Of a stretch of DNA of 64,000 nucleotides, positions 10,874 through 20,782 are shown in pieces. Both the position numbers and the translations under genes were made by a program. How positions within the stretch are numbered: position 1 is the stretch's first letter; every line of letters starts with the position of its first letter. Under the pieces are notes generated by a model that made no database searches, was not told the origin of the DNA, and saw nothing but the letters and a program-made list of their open reading frames with translations. This stretch comes from a virus (Duplodnaviria; Heunggongvirae; Uroviricota; Caudoviricetes). The stretch spans positions 82,137-146,136 of IMG/VR virus record IMGVR_UViG_3300028602_000005, one strand, 5' to 3'.

Positions 10874-13843
10874 ATGGCAATTAAAATATATGGTGGAAAC
10901 ACAGTTGTTTTAGATTCTGGTGATTCTAAACCAACTAATTTACCCGATGATGCAAGAGCTTTTGAAAGAGACACTAAAAAAATTTATATTAAAGCCTCTG
11001 GATCATGGGAAAAAGTTCAAGGATATAGCGGTTATTCTGGTATTAGTGGTTATAGTGGCATTTCTGGATATTCAGGACGATCTGGCTATTCTGGAATTTC
11101 TGGATATTCAGGCATTAGTGGTATCTCAGGCTATTCAGGACGGTCAGGATACTCAGGAATCTCAGGCATTAGTGGTTATAGTGGGACTAGTGGAAAAAGT
11201 GGTTACAGTGGCATTTCAGGCATTTCAGGCTACTCTTCTTATAGCGGTATTAGTGGATATTCAGGAATTAGTGGAATATCTGGTTATTCAGGGAGATCTG
11301 GATACTCAGGGATTAGTGGAATTTCTGGATATTCATCTTATTCTGGTATTTCTGGATATTCATCTTACAGTGGAATTTCTGGATATTCAGGAATTTCAGG
11401 TATTTCAGGATATTCAGGCCGATCTGGTTATTCTGGAAGATCAGGATATTCTGGTATTTCAGGAATTTCTGGATACTCATCTTATTCTGGTATTTCTGGA
11501 TACTCATCTTATAGTGGAATAAGTGGTTATTCTGGTTTTAGTGGAAAATCTGGATATTCAGGCATTTCAGGGATCAGTGGATATTCTGGTATTTCTGGAA
11601 TTTCAGGATACAGTTCATATTCCGGTATTAGTGGATATAGTTCATATTCTGGCATCTCAGGCTACTCAGGACGGTCAGGATACTCAGGAATCTCAGGGAT
11701 AAGTGGTTATAGTGGGACTAGTGGAAAAAGTGGTTACAGTGGCATTTCAGGCTACTCTTCTTATAGCGGTATTAGTGGATATTCATCATATTCTGGAATT
11801 TCTGGATATTCTGGACAAAAAGGAGATATTGGTGAAACAGGATTTCCAGGATCAACTGGTGCATCTGGATATTCTGGAATTTCAGGTTATTCAGGAAAAT
11901 CTGGATATTCTGGAATTAGTGGTATTTCAGGCTACAGTGGAACAATTGGAATTTCAGGATATTCTGGTCGATCTGGTTATTCTGGAATTTCAGGTATTTC
12001 TGGATATTCATCATATTCTGGTATTTCAGGATACAGTTCATATTCTGGAATTTCAGGATATTCTGGACAAAAAGGAGATATTGGTGAAACAGGAGGTCCA
12101 GGAGTTGGAATATCTGGATATTCAGGAATTTCAGGTATTTCTGGTTATTCTGGTAGATCTGGATATAGTGGAATTAGTGGAATTTCAGGTTATAGTGGAA
12201 TAAGTGGAAAATCTGGATATTCTGGCATTTCAGGGATTTCTGGATACTCATCATATTCTGGTATTTCTGGATATTCATCTTATAGTGGAATCTCAGGATA
12301 CTCAGGGATTTCAGGAATAAGTGGATATTCAGGGAGATCTGGTTATTCTGGAATTTCAGGAATTAGTGGATATAGTGGATTTTCATCATATTCAGGTATT
12401 TCAGGATATTCATCATATTCTGGAATCTCTGGATACTCATCTTATAGTGGAATTTCAGGATATTCTGGCATTTCAGGTATTTCTGGTTATTCAGGACGAT
12501 CAGGATATAGTGGAATTTCTGGAATCAGTGGATACTCATCATATTCAGGCATCTCAGGATATTCATCATATTCTGGAATTTCAGGCATCTCAGGATACTC
12601 AGGACGATCAGGATATTCTGGCATTAGTGGAATTTCAGGATATAGTGGAATTTCTGGAATCAGTGGATACTCATCTTATTCTGGAATCTCTGGATACTCA
12701 TCTTATAGCGGTATTTCAGGATATTCTGGAATTTCAGGAAAATCAGGATATTCTGGCATTGCCGGTTCAACAGGAACTTCTGGATATTCTGGAATTTCAG
12801 GAAAATCAGGATATTCTGGCATTGCTGGTTCAACTGGAACTTCTGGTTATTCTGGAATTTCAGGAAAATCAGGATATTCTGGCATTGCTGGTTCAACTGG
12901 AACTTCTGGTTATTCTGGAATTTCAGGAAAATCAGGATATTCTGGCATTGCAGGTTCAACAGGATCAACTGGATCAATAGGAACTTCTGGATATTCTGGA
13001 ATTTCAGGAAAATCAGGATATTCAGGCATTGCTGGTTCAACAGGCTCAACTGGAACTTCTGGATATTCAGGCATTGCCGGTTCAACAGGATCAACAGGAA
13101 CTTCTGGGTATTCAGGAATTTCAGGCATTTCTGGATATTCTGGAATTGTTGGGACTTCTGGATATTCTGGTAGATCTGGATACTCAGGACGATCAGGGTA
13201 TTCTGGTCAAGCATTGGCTGTAAATGTAAGTTCTGATAATAGGATGGCCAGATATCATTCAACAAATCAAATTCAGGGAACTGGAATTTCAGTTGATGAT
13301 TCAGATAATGTCACTGGAATGAATTCTCTGGCTTTAAAAACTGGAACTTTACAAAGTGGATATACTCCTTCTGGAACAGCTGCCCTTGAATATAATGGAT
13401 ATTTTTATCCCACAAGAGTTTATAATGCTTATTATAATGACTTTGCAGACTTTCAAATTTTAGATGATATTTTATTCTATGGAAAATGTTATTATCAATC
13501 TAAATTCGGATTAAAGATTTGTAATGAAAAATGTCAAAAAGGAATTGTCGGAATTGCATCTGATACTTATGGTCCTTCTACTGGATTTGAAAAAGGAAAA
13601 ATTCAAATTCCTATTTCTGTGGCAGGATGGGTTTTAGCATTTGTCGATAAAGAATATGATTCTGGAACTCCTTTAACAAATAATGAAAATGGTGATTTAA
13701 CTGAAATGTCTTTAATTGAAAAATTATTTTATCCAGAAAGATTAGTGGCTGTTTATATGAGAAAAGAAGAAAAAATGTATTTTGGATTAAAATCTGGATC
13801 TCCGATAAAAGTAAATGGAAGACATTGGGTTAAAGTTAAATAG
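10874..13843 (+). CDS. Second Gly-X-Ser collagen-like fibre protein with putative C-terminal chaperone (Peptidase_G2/IMC-like) domain
   Basis: About 720 aa of GXS repeat, then YPTRVYNAYYNDFADF..GIVGIASDTYG..IPISVAGWV..W(V)KVK, resembling tail-spike intramolecular chaperones. Confidence 0.65.
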   Translation: MAIKIYGGNTVVLDSGDSKPTNLPDDARAFERDTKKIYIKASGSWEKVQGYSGYSGISGYSGISGYSGRSGYSGISGYSGISGISGYSGRSGYSGISGISGYSGTSGKSGYSGISGISGYSSYSGISGYSGISGISGYSGRSGYSGISGISGYSSYSGISGYSSYSGISGYSGISGISGYSGRSGYSGRSGYSGISGISGYSSYSGISGYSSYSGISGYSGFSGKSGYSGISGISGYSGISGISGYSSYSGISGYSSYSGISGYSGRSGYSGISGISGYSGTSGKSGYSGISGYSSYSGISGYSSYSGISGYSGQKGDIGETGFPGSTGASGYSGISGYSGKSGYSGISGISGYSGTIGISGYSGRSGYSGISGISGYSSYSGISGYSSYSGISGYSGQKGDIGETGGPGVGISGYSGISGISGYSGRSGYSGISGISGYSGISGKSGYSGISGISGYSSYSGISGYSSYSGISGYSGISGISGYSGRSGYSGISGISGYSGFSSYSGISGYSSYSGISGYSSYSGISGYSGISGISGYSGRSGYSGISGISGYSSYSGISGYSSYSGISGISGYSGRSGYSGISGISGYSGISGISGYSSYSGISGYSSYSGISGYSGISGKSGYSGIAGSTGTSGYSGISGKSGYSGIAGSTGTSGYSGISGKSGYSGIAGSTGTSGYSGISGKSGYSGIAGSTGSTGSIGTSGYSGISGKSGYSGIAGSTGSTGTSGYSGIAGSTGSTGTSGYSGISGISGYSGIVGTSGYSGRSGYSGRSGYSGQALAVNVSSDNRMARYHSTNQIQGTGISVDDSDNVTGMNSLALKTGTLQSGYTPSGTAALEYNGYFYPTRVYNAYYNDFADFQILDDILFYGKCYYQSKFGLKICNEKCQKGIVGIASDTYGPSTGFEKGKIQIPISVAGWVLAFVDKEYDSGTPLTNNENGDLTEMSLIEKLFYPERLVAVYMRKEEKMYFGLKSGSPIKVNGRHWVKVK
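12719..12960 (+). repeat. Near-perfect 63-bp tandem repeat (GYSGISGKSGYSGIAGSTGTS), about 4 copies
   Basis: ggaatttcaggaaaatcaggatattctggcattgcNggttcaac recurs every 63 bp. Confidence 0.9.
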
Positions 13844-13844
13844 T

Positions 13845-13856
13845 CTTAGAACAAAA
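13845..13856 (+). promoter_or_regulatory. CTTAGAACAAAA motif (putative late promoter of the Cys-repeat/rSAM operon)
   Basis: Exact 12-mer immediately after the stop of 10874..13843. Confidence 0.6.
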
Positions 13857-13898
13857 TAATAGAAAATAAAACAAAATATTGAAGGATATTTATTATAA

Positions 13899-15839
13899 AT
13901 GGCAGATCAAACTTGGACTGATGAAACTGTAGTAGTTTCGCTTAATGTTGGAAGTGGTATCTCTAACGGAATAATTAGTAGTGATAATTTCGGTGTTATT
14001 TATTATGTATCAGCATCTTTTGAAAATAGATATCAAATATTTGCTTTAAATAGTAATCTTTTATCATGGAATAGTGCTGGAAGTAGTTTTGATTATTACT
14101 TTGATTTTGCTTTATCTATTGCTAATATAGTTAATGGAGTTCCTATTTATTTTTATCCTTGGGCAATATACTCAGGATCAAATGTTGGAAGTATTAATAC
14201 TATTTCAAATACACATCATTATCCAAATTATAGATTAGAATGTATTTCAACCTCTACATCAACATTTGATTTAAAACTTCAATATTGGAACGGATCTTCT
14301 TTAATTTTAGATAGAACTATTTTAAGCGCATTAAGTGAAAATGTTTATTATGGGGTAAATATTACATTTGATACTTCTGTTGGTAATGGAAGATTTATTA
14401 TAGATATTTTTAATAAAACAACAAATGTTCAAATATGTCATTATACATATGATCTTCTAACCACAATAAATTTTACAAAAACATATGAATTTTCAACTTT
14501 ATATCTTACTTCAAGTACATCATCTGCTTCAGCAACAACAAGATATTTTGAAAAAAGAACTGCGACTAAAATAGAAGACACATATTATGATGAACTCCAA
14601 GATGCTGTAAATGCTTGGCAAACTGCTTATGGATTAACAAATTCAACTTGGACACAAGATGAGCCAGATACAGATGATTCAATTTTGGAAGTCACAACTC
14701 TTGAATTGGAAACGGCAATTGAATATTTAGAATTTTTGGCTGGAAAAACATCAAGTTTATATAAAATTTCAGGAACAAAAACAAATTCAAATTTAGATTT
14801 AACGACTTTTACAGAAGTTGATCCAGATGGAATTTTAACAATCGCAAGTAATTCTTTAACAGCGACAGGATCTTCTTCAGCTAATGAAAATTATGTTTAT
14901 AAAGATTTTGGGGTTGGTTATTTTAATAATTTTTGTATAGATTTTAAAATAAATGCTTCATTTTTTAATTTAGGCGCATATGCTTTAGGTTTCACAAATG
15001 ACAATAGTTCAGATATAAGATCGGTAAGTGGAACATATATAGGGTTATCTTTCTGGTCTGGACTTGGATCTGCCGGTATGCTTCAATATACAACAGCACA
15101 TAGAATAAATCTGAATTTAAATACAGATTATTATGTGAGATTTATTAAAATAGATTCTTTTAGTACATATGGGCAAATTTTTTGTTTTGTTTATAGTGAT
15201 TCAAGATATAATACTTTAGTTAATTATTTTACGGCTTATTTAACTGAACCATATGGAATTTCTTATAGATATTTATATATCTATTCTGATGTAAATGGAA
15301 TTGGAACAAATACTCAATTTGTTTCATCAGATTATAAAATCAGAAATTTAAATTCAATTGATTTTCATGATTTAGAATTATTAAGATATAAAGTAAATTT
15401 ATTACAATCGACATATTGTTATTTATGTGACACTTGTGACACTGAGACTTGTGATTGTAATCCCGCTTGTAATGTTGACGGATGTGATTGTGACGGAATT
15501 TGCGATACAGACACATGTACTTGTCATGGGACTTGTAATAGTGATGGATGTACTTGTCATGGGTTATGTAATGGAGATACTTGTACAAATTGTAACGCAT
15601 CATGTTATTCTTATTCAAAAGTTTGTGTTCTTTGTTATTTTTCATGTTATTCTGACGCATGTACTTGTAATGGATCTTGTAATGGTGATTCATGTACTTG
15701 TCATGGTGAATGTAATTCAGACTCATGTACTTGTAATTCTGGGTGTGATAATGATGTCTGTAGTGTTTGTAATGGATCTTGTAATGTTGAAGGATGTACA
15801 AAATGTGACGGAACTGCTTATCGATATCCTTGGACCTAA
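13899..15839 (+). CDS. Putative virion protein with C-terminal Cys-rich repeat tail (candidate radical SAM substrate A)
   Basis: Beta-rich, lectin-like body. ELQDAVNAWQTAY and LELLRYKVNLL helices. About 35 Cys in 12 units, ending YRYPWT. Confidence 0.75.
   Translation: MADQTWTDETVVVSLNVGSGISNGIISSDNFGVIYYVSASFENRYQIFALNSNLLSWNSAGSSFDYYFDFALSIANIVNGVPIYFYPWAIYSGSNVGSINTISNTHHYPNYRLECISTSTSTFDLKLQYWNGSSLILDRTILSALSENVYYGVNITFDTSVGNGRFIIDIFNKTTNVQICHYTYDLLTTINFTKTYEFSTLYLTSSTSSASATTRYFEKRTATKIEDTYYDELQDAVNAWQTAYGLTNSTWTQDEPDTDDSILEVTTLELETAIEYLEFLAGKTSSLYKISGTKTNSNLDLTTFTEVDPDGILTIASNSLTATGSSSANENYVYKDFGVGYFNNFCIDFKINASFFNLGAYALGFTNDNSSDIRSVSGTYIGLSFWSGLGSAGMLQYTTAHRINLNLNTDYYVRFIKIDSFSTYGQIFCFVYSDSRYNTLVNYFTAYLTEPYGISYRYLYIYSDVNGIGTNTQFVSSDYKIRNLNSIDFHDLELLRYKVNLLQSTYCYLCDTCDTETCDCNPACNVDGCDCDGICDTDTCTCHGTCNSDGCTCHGLCNGDTCTNCNASCYSYSKVCVLCYFSCYSDACTCNGSCNGDSCTCHGECNSDSCTCNSGCDNDVCSVCNGSCNVEGCTKCDGTAYRYPWT
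15417..15815 (+). repeat. CxCxxxCxxDx / CxxCxxxCxxDx coding repeat
   Basis: For example CTCHGTCNSDG-CTCHGLCNGDT-CTNCNASCYSY. Confidence 0.95.
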
Positions 15840-15873
15840 AAAATAAAATATTTTAAATGGAGATTAAAAATTA

Positions 15874-18213
15874 ATGGCTTATCAAACTTTTACAGATGAT
15901 TTAAAAACTGTTTATGATATTTCACAATATGGAACTATTTTTATTGAAAATATATTTAATTGTCGAATAGATGATTCTTATTATAGATGTGATCCTAATG
16001 GATATGGTGATCAGGGATATATTGATGAAAATGAATCAGTATTTTTTAGAATATCTGAAAAAACAGAAAAAATATCATGGTTAAATCCTTTCATTTCTTT
16101 AAATGGTATTGGATCTGATGAAAAGAAAAGTGGATATATAAAACAATATAATTATAAAGATACATTTTCTTGTTTATTTAAATTTGATATTTTTAGTACA
16201 TCTGATTCAACGGGTGAAATTTATTTTGGATTTTCAAATAGAGAAGGATTTTTAAAAGATTTTAATGATAATTATTTAAGTTTAATTATGGGTAAAATAA
16301 AATGTGAAGATAATAATTTTAAATTATCTATAGTTAATCAATACGGAAATACTTTTAATGAAACAGAATCATATATAACATTAAATTATGATACCATTTA
16401 TTATATCCAATTTTCAAAAAAATATAATACTTTTAGTTCTCATGACTTTAAAATAAGTGTTTTTAATTCATCAGAAGAATTTATAGATTCAATAAGTATT
16501 AATTTTAATCACAATATTTCTTTTGAAGGATTTTATTATAAAAATTCATATTTTTATTATTTTATGTATCCTCATGATACAAATCTTTCAGATAAAAAAG
16601 TAAATGGATGGTTTTTAGAACATACATTTTTTCCTGTTTCAGAATATAATTTTAAAAAATCAACTTATTACGGTGAATTACAAAATGCGGTAAATGCTTG
16701 GGAAACAGCATATAATATAAATAATACAAATTGGACATATTCAAATAATGATCCAAGCTCAAATGCAGTTTTTACATCTGTTTTAGAATTAAGAGGGGCA
16801 TTAGATAATTTACATGATAATTTGGCTTCACCATATTGGCCACATGAAACATGGGCTACAGATATTTCTTATGATTTGAGTTCAGCGGGTGAGAAAGATA
16901 ATTTAAATAGAATTTCATATAATTCAAACTCAATAATTTCATCTTTTATAGATGTTTATGATGATGGATATATAGCTGGAAATATTCCAGAATTAACTGA
17001 TTTCTTTTATAAATTTTCATTTAAATACACATCAGAAATAGGGAATCCTATATATATGATAACACCATTAATTACTCTTTCAAAAAATTATGTTGGTGGT
17101 GTTTTTTCTTTATGTTATAATAATATTGCTTTTGTTTCAGTTATTTTATATAATTCAACTTCAGATTCAAGACCGAAAATAGGAATTGTCAGAAGTGATG
17201 GAAATTATTACTACGGTTCAGTTTATTTATCATATAATACAACATACTATGTAAAATTCTTTAGAAATATAAATATAGGACCATTTGGGAGATATTTCAT
17301 TTATATTTATAGTGATAGTAATTATAATAATTTAATTGACGGGGTAACTATTTACGGAAGTGAAGTTTCAAATTTTGAAGATCTTAGATTTGATGTTTTT
17401 TCAGCGGTAAATGGAATGAATGGTCATTGTTTTATAAGACCTGTTAATATTTATAATGTACAACATAGTGTTTCTAATCCAAATAATTTTCAATCTTATA
17501 CTTTAGAAAACTTGAGAACAGTTATGAATAATTTACAGATAAGTCATTGTTATTTATGTGATTCTGGTGATTATCTCTCATCATGTTCTTGTGATGGATC
17601 TTGTAATTCAGACACATGTTCTTGTGATGGAGTATGTAATGGAGACACATGTTCTTGTAATGGGACTTGTAATGGGGATATTTGTTCAAATTGTTACTCA
17701 TCATGTTATTCTTATTTAAAAAGTTGTAGTTTATGTGATCACTCCTGTTATAATGACACTTGTATTTGTAATGGAATTTGTAATTCAGACTCATGTTCTT
17801 GTAATGGGACTTGTAATGGAGATACTTGTTCTTGTGATGTAGAGGGAGGATGCTCAACAGACTCATGTGATTGTGACGGATCTTGTAATGGAGACTCATG
17901 TTCTTGTAATATTGGGTGTAATTCTGACGGATGTGATTGTAACGCCTCTTGTAATGGGGATGCGTGTTCAAATTGTTATTCATCATGTTACTCTTATGAT
18001 GGAAAAAATTGTTATCTTTGTAATATGTCTTGTTATTCTGATGTTTGTACTTGTAATGGAATTTGTAATTCAGACTCATGTTCTTGTGATGGGTCATGTA
18101 ATTCTGATACTTGTTCTTGTGATGGGTCATGTAATTCTGATACTTGTTCTTGTTATTCAGAAGAAAGTTGTATTCAATGTAATGCGACTGTTTATAGATA
18201 TCCTTGGTCATAA
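15874..18213 (+). CDS. Paralogous putative virion protein with longer Cys-rich repeat tail (candidate substrate B)
   Basis: ELQNAVNAWETAY and LENLRTVMNNL match 13899. About 54 Cys in about 18 units, ending YRYPWS. Confidence 0.75.
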   Translation: MAYQTFTDDLKTVYDISQYGTIFIENIFNCRIDDSYYRCDPNGYGDQGYIDENESVFFRISEKTEKISWLNPFISLNGIGSDEKKSGYIKQYNYKDTFSCLFKFDIFSTSDSTGEIYFGFSNREGFLKDFNDNYLSLIMGKIKCEDNNFKLSIVNQYGNTFNETESYITLNYDTIYYIQFSKKYNTFSSHDFKISVFNSSEEFIDSISINFNHNISFEGFYYKNSYFYYFMYPHDTNLSDKKVNGWFLEHTFFPVSEYNFKKSTYYGELQNAVNAWETAYNINNTNWTYSNNDPSSNAVFTSVLELRGALDNLHDNLASPYWPHETWATDISYDLSSAGEKDNLNRISYNSNSIISSFIDVYDDGYIAGNIPELTDFFYKFSFKYTSEIGNPIYMITPLITLSKNYVGGVFSLCYNNIAFVSVILYNSTSDSRPKIGIVRSDGNYYYGSVYLSYNTTYYVKFFRNINIGPFGRYFIYIYSDSNYNNLIDGVTIYGSEVSNFEDLRFDVFSAVNGMNGHCFIRPVNIYNVQHSVSNPNNFQSYTLENLRTVMNNLQISHCYLCDSGDYLSSCSCDGSCNSDTCSCDGVCNGDTCSCNGTCNGDICSNCYSSCYSYLKSCSLCDHSCYNDTCICNGICNSDSCSCNGTCNGDTCSCDVEGGCSTDSCDCDGSCNGDSCSCNIGCNSDGCDCNASCNGDACSNCYSSCYSYDGKNCYLCNMSCYSDVCTCNGICNSDSCSCDGSCNSDTCSCDGSCNSDTCSCYSEESCIQCNATVYRYPWS
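17548..18182 (+). repeat. CxCxxxCxxDx / CxxCxxxCxxDx coding repeat
   Basis: For example CSCDGSCNSDT-CSCDGVCNGDT-CSCNGTCNGDI. Confidence 0.95.
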
Positions 18214-18249
18214 AAATATAAAATAAAAAATAGAGAGGAAAATAAAAAT

Positions 18250-19272
18250 ATGATAATTGTAAATGATTTTGAAATTAAAGATTCAATTTTAGGAAATGAA
18301 AATAATCTTACTTTTGGAATTTTTAGTGGTCCTGTTATAAGTAATAATAAGTTATCTTTGTCTCCTGAATTTGATTATATGTTAAATTATATAAAGCCTT
18401 TGGTTGATAAAGTTATTTATGTTGTTGTTATAGATTCTTGTGTAAATCTAGAATCTTCAATTGAGAAAAATCAAATTATAGATTTTAGTGCTTTAGAAGA
18501 TTTAACAAATGATAATTTTAAAAATAATATAGATTATTGTTTAGTTATTAATAATTTAAAAACAGATAGTGATTATATTTTATCAAAATTAACTGAAATA
18601 AATTCAGTAAAAACAACATCTAAATATGATGGAAGTTATGGATGGTTTGGATTAAATTATAGAATTTTTAAAGCATTAAATAATTTGAGCATCAATAATA
18701 ATATTTGTATTGGATTTAAATCAAAAAATGATTTATTTAGAGTTATTGGTGAATATAAAGCATATGAAGAATTTAGAAATAGTGGAAATTATTTATTTAG
18801 TAATACAAGTAATCCTGGAAAAAGATTAGTGACTCCTTTATTGAGAGATGTTGATGGATTATTACCTTCATCATTTGTAGAAAATGAAGAAATTCATAAT
18901 ATAAGATTAAATCTTAAAAAATATATGGAATCTGTTTCTTTTGAAGATAAAACAGTAAGAGATTTTATTGAAGAAGTTAATAAAAATTTAGATAGACATA
19001 ATATTAATTATAAGTATTTTGTTACATTTGATGATTTTGAATTATTTGTAAGAGGAACAGTTGATTTATCAAAAGTAAATAAAGGTTGTATGAGAGTTAT
19101 TTATGGAACTGATAATTTATCAGATCCTTATTGGGAAGAGATTAAATTTATAGGATTAGATGAGAATAAATGGTTTAATATTGTAACATTATCAGATATA
19201 GATTTAACAAAATTTTCTGTTAATACTCTTCCATATTTATATGAAAAACAAATTATTGAGAAAGGAATATAA
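18250..19272 (+). CDS. Degenerate pantoate-beta-alanine ligase (PanC)-like fold protein 1
   Basis: PLLRDVDGLLPSS resembles PanC PxxRxxDGLAxSS, and ICIGFKSKNDLFRVI resembles ACFGEKDxQQLxxI. The N-terminal HxGH motif is absent. Confidence 0.55.
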   Translation: MIIVNDFEIKDSILGNENNLTFGIFSGPVISNNKLSLSPEFDYMLNYIKPLVDKVIYVVVIDSCVNLESSIEKNQIIDFSALEDLTNDNFKNNIDYCLVINNLKTDSDYILSKLTEINSVKTTSKYDGSYGWFGLNYRIFKALNNLSINNNICIGFKSKNDLFRVIGEYKAYEEFRNSGNYLFSNTSNPGKRLVTPLLRDVDGLLPSSFVENEEIHNIRLNLKKYMESVSFEDKTVRDFIEEVNKNLDRHNINYKYFVTFDDFELFVRGTVDLSKVNKGCMRVIYGTDNLSDPYWEEIKFIGLDENKWFNIVTLSDIDLTKFSVNTLPYLYEKQIIEKGI

Positions 19273-20782
19273 AAAATTGAAAGAAATTGAATTTCCAAAA
19301 CCAAGAGCTTGTACTATTGATTTAACTGAAGGTTGTAATCTGGCGTGTGACTACTGTTTTACCCATTCTCTTCATAATAGAAAAGTAATCTCTGAAGAAA
19401 TGGGTAAAACAATCATAAGATTATGGCTTGAAAAAACAGATTATCAAAATAGAAATGATGTAGAGATAGGATTTTGGGGTGGAGAACCCTTATTAGAATT
19501 TGATTTATTAAAAAAATTAGCTAATTACACAAAAGAGATTACTGAAAATAAAGTTGATAAATTCTCTATTACGACAAATGGCACTTTATATACAGAAGAA
19601 ATTGTCGAATGGAGTCTTGAAAATAAAATGGCATGTTTAATATCATTAGATGGAAATGAAGAATCTCATGATATGCATAGAAAATTCAAAAATGGAAAAG
19701 GTTCATGGAAAGTTATTGATTCTAATATTAGAAAAGCAATGAAAATTAATCCTAATCAAAGAGTCAGAGTTTCAATTGCTGCCGATACTCTTCATTTATT
19801 ATATGATTCATTTATTTATATTATAGAAGATTTGGGAATTAAATCATTTGCTTTTTCTCCTGTTTTCGAAGGTGATTGGAATCAAGAAAACTGGAAACTT
19901 TTAGAATATCAATTTAATAGATTTGCTGATTATACAATAAAAGAAGCTAAAAAAGGAAATCATATTATATTGAAACATTTTAAAGATGAAATGATTAATG
20001 GAGGAAATTTAAAAGAAAAACAAAATCCATGTGGTGCTGGAAATGGATATTCAGCATGGAGTGTTGATGGAATTCAATTTCCATGTCATAGATTTAATAA
20101 ACATGGATTATCAACAGAAGAAAGATTAAAATCACCATTTGTCATAGGGAGAATTATAGATAATAAATATTTTATGTATAATGAGGCAAGAGAACCTTTT
20201 GTTTCATTTAAAGATAAGACACCAATAAAATGTGAAGTCTGTAATATATTTAGAAGATCATCATGTGTTGGAAATTGTTATGCGGTAAATTATGATTTAA
20301 CTGGTGATATTAATGTATCTCCAGATGTTTGTTGTACATTTAATAAAATTCAACATAAAATTGGTATGAGATTAGAAAGAGAATATAGAGATAATAATAT
20401 TAAGATGCCATTTGAGACTGTTAGAGATAAGAAAAATACTCCTTCTGGTTGTGTTTGTTATAATATGTGTTATGCAGAAGGGACAGAAAATGAAATAATT
20501 CATTTTGATAAAAGAAATAATGGAACATGTAATTGTTATCAAGTTTCTTATTCAGATAATATAGGATTTGAAAATTCAAGGAAAAAAAATGAAATTCAAA
20601 AAGATGATGATATGTTAAAAACATTTTTGAATTTGTCAAAGAAAATCTTAGCAAATAATGATAAAATTGATAACAAAACTAAAGAGATGAAAGATCTTGA
20701 AAATGATGTTTTATCTAAAACAATTGGTTTGTTAGAAAGAAAAAATGAATGTAAAGGAGAATGTTGTAAATGCAAGAAGTAG
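19241..20782 (+). CDS. Radical SAM/SPASM maturase 1 with extra C-terminal Cys motif
   Basis: CNLACDYC, FWGGEPLL, TTNGTL, ISLDG..HD..R. SPASM CGAG..FPCHRF..CEVC....SCVGNC. An alternative TTG start at 19277 follows AAAGGA. Confidence 0.95.
   Translation: MKNKLLRKEYKKLKEIEFPKPRACTIDLTEGCNLACDYCFTHSLHNRKVISEEMGKTIIRLWLEKTDYQNRNDVEIGFWGGEPLLEFDLLKKLANYTKEITENKVDKFSITTNGTLYTEEIVEWSLENKMACLISLDGNEESHDMHRKFKNGKGSWKVIDSNIRKAMKINPNQRVRVSIAADTLHLLYDSFIYIIEDLGIKSFAFSPVFEGDWNQENWKLLEYQFNRFADYTIKEAKKGNHIILKHFKDEMINGGNLKEKQNPCGAGNGYSAWSVDGIQFPCHRFNKHGLSTEERLKSPFVIGRIIDNKYFMYNEAREPFVSFKDKTPIKCEVCNIFRRSSCVGNCYAVNYDLTGDINVSPDVCCTFNKIQHKIGMRLEREYRDNNIKMPFETVRDKKNTPSGCVCYNMCYAEGTENEIIHFDKRNNGTCNCYQVSYSDNIGFENSRKKNEIQKDDDMLKTFLNLSKKILANNDKIDNKTKEMKDLENDVLSKTIGLLERKNECKGECCKCKK

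Noticed and set aside
432-13265. Dozens of Q/I/L/D-rich ORFs in other frames and on the - strand
   Set aside because: Shadow frames of the 9-nt GXS repeat. They have no RBS and lie entirely within the two real genes.
15340-18226. His/Tyr/Lys-rich antisense ORFs (15340..15801, 17522..18211) and Val/Met-rich +1 frames (15427..15846, 17867..18226)
   Set aside because: By-products of the TGT/GAT/AAT-rich Cys repeat.
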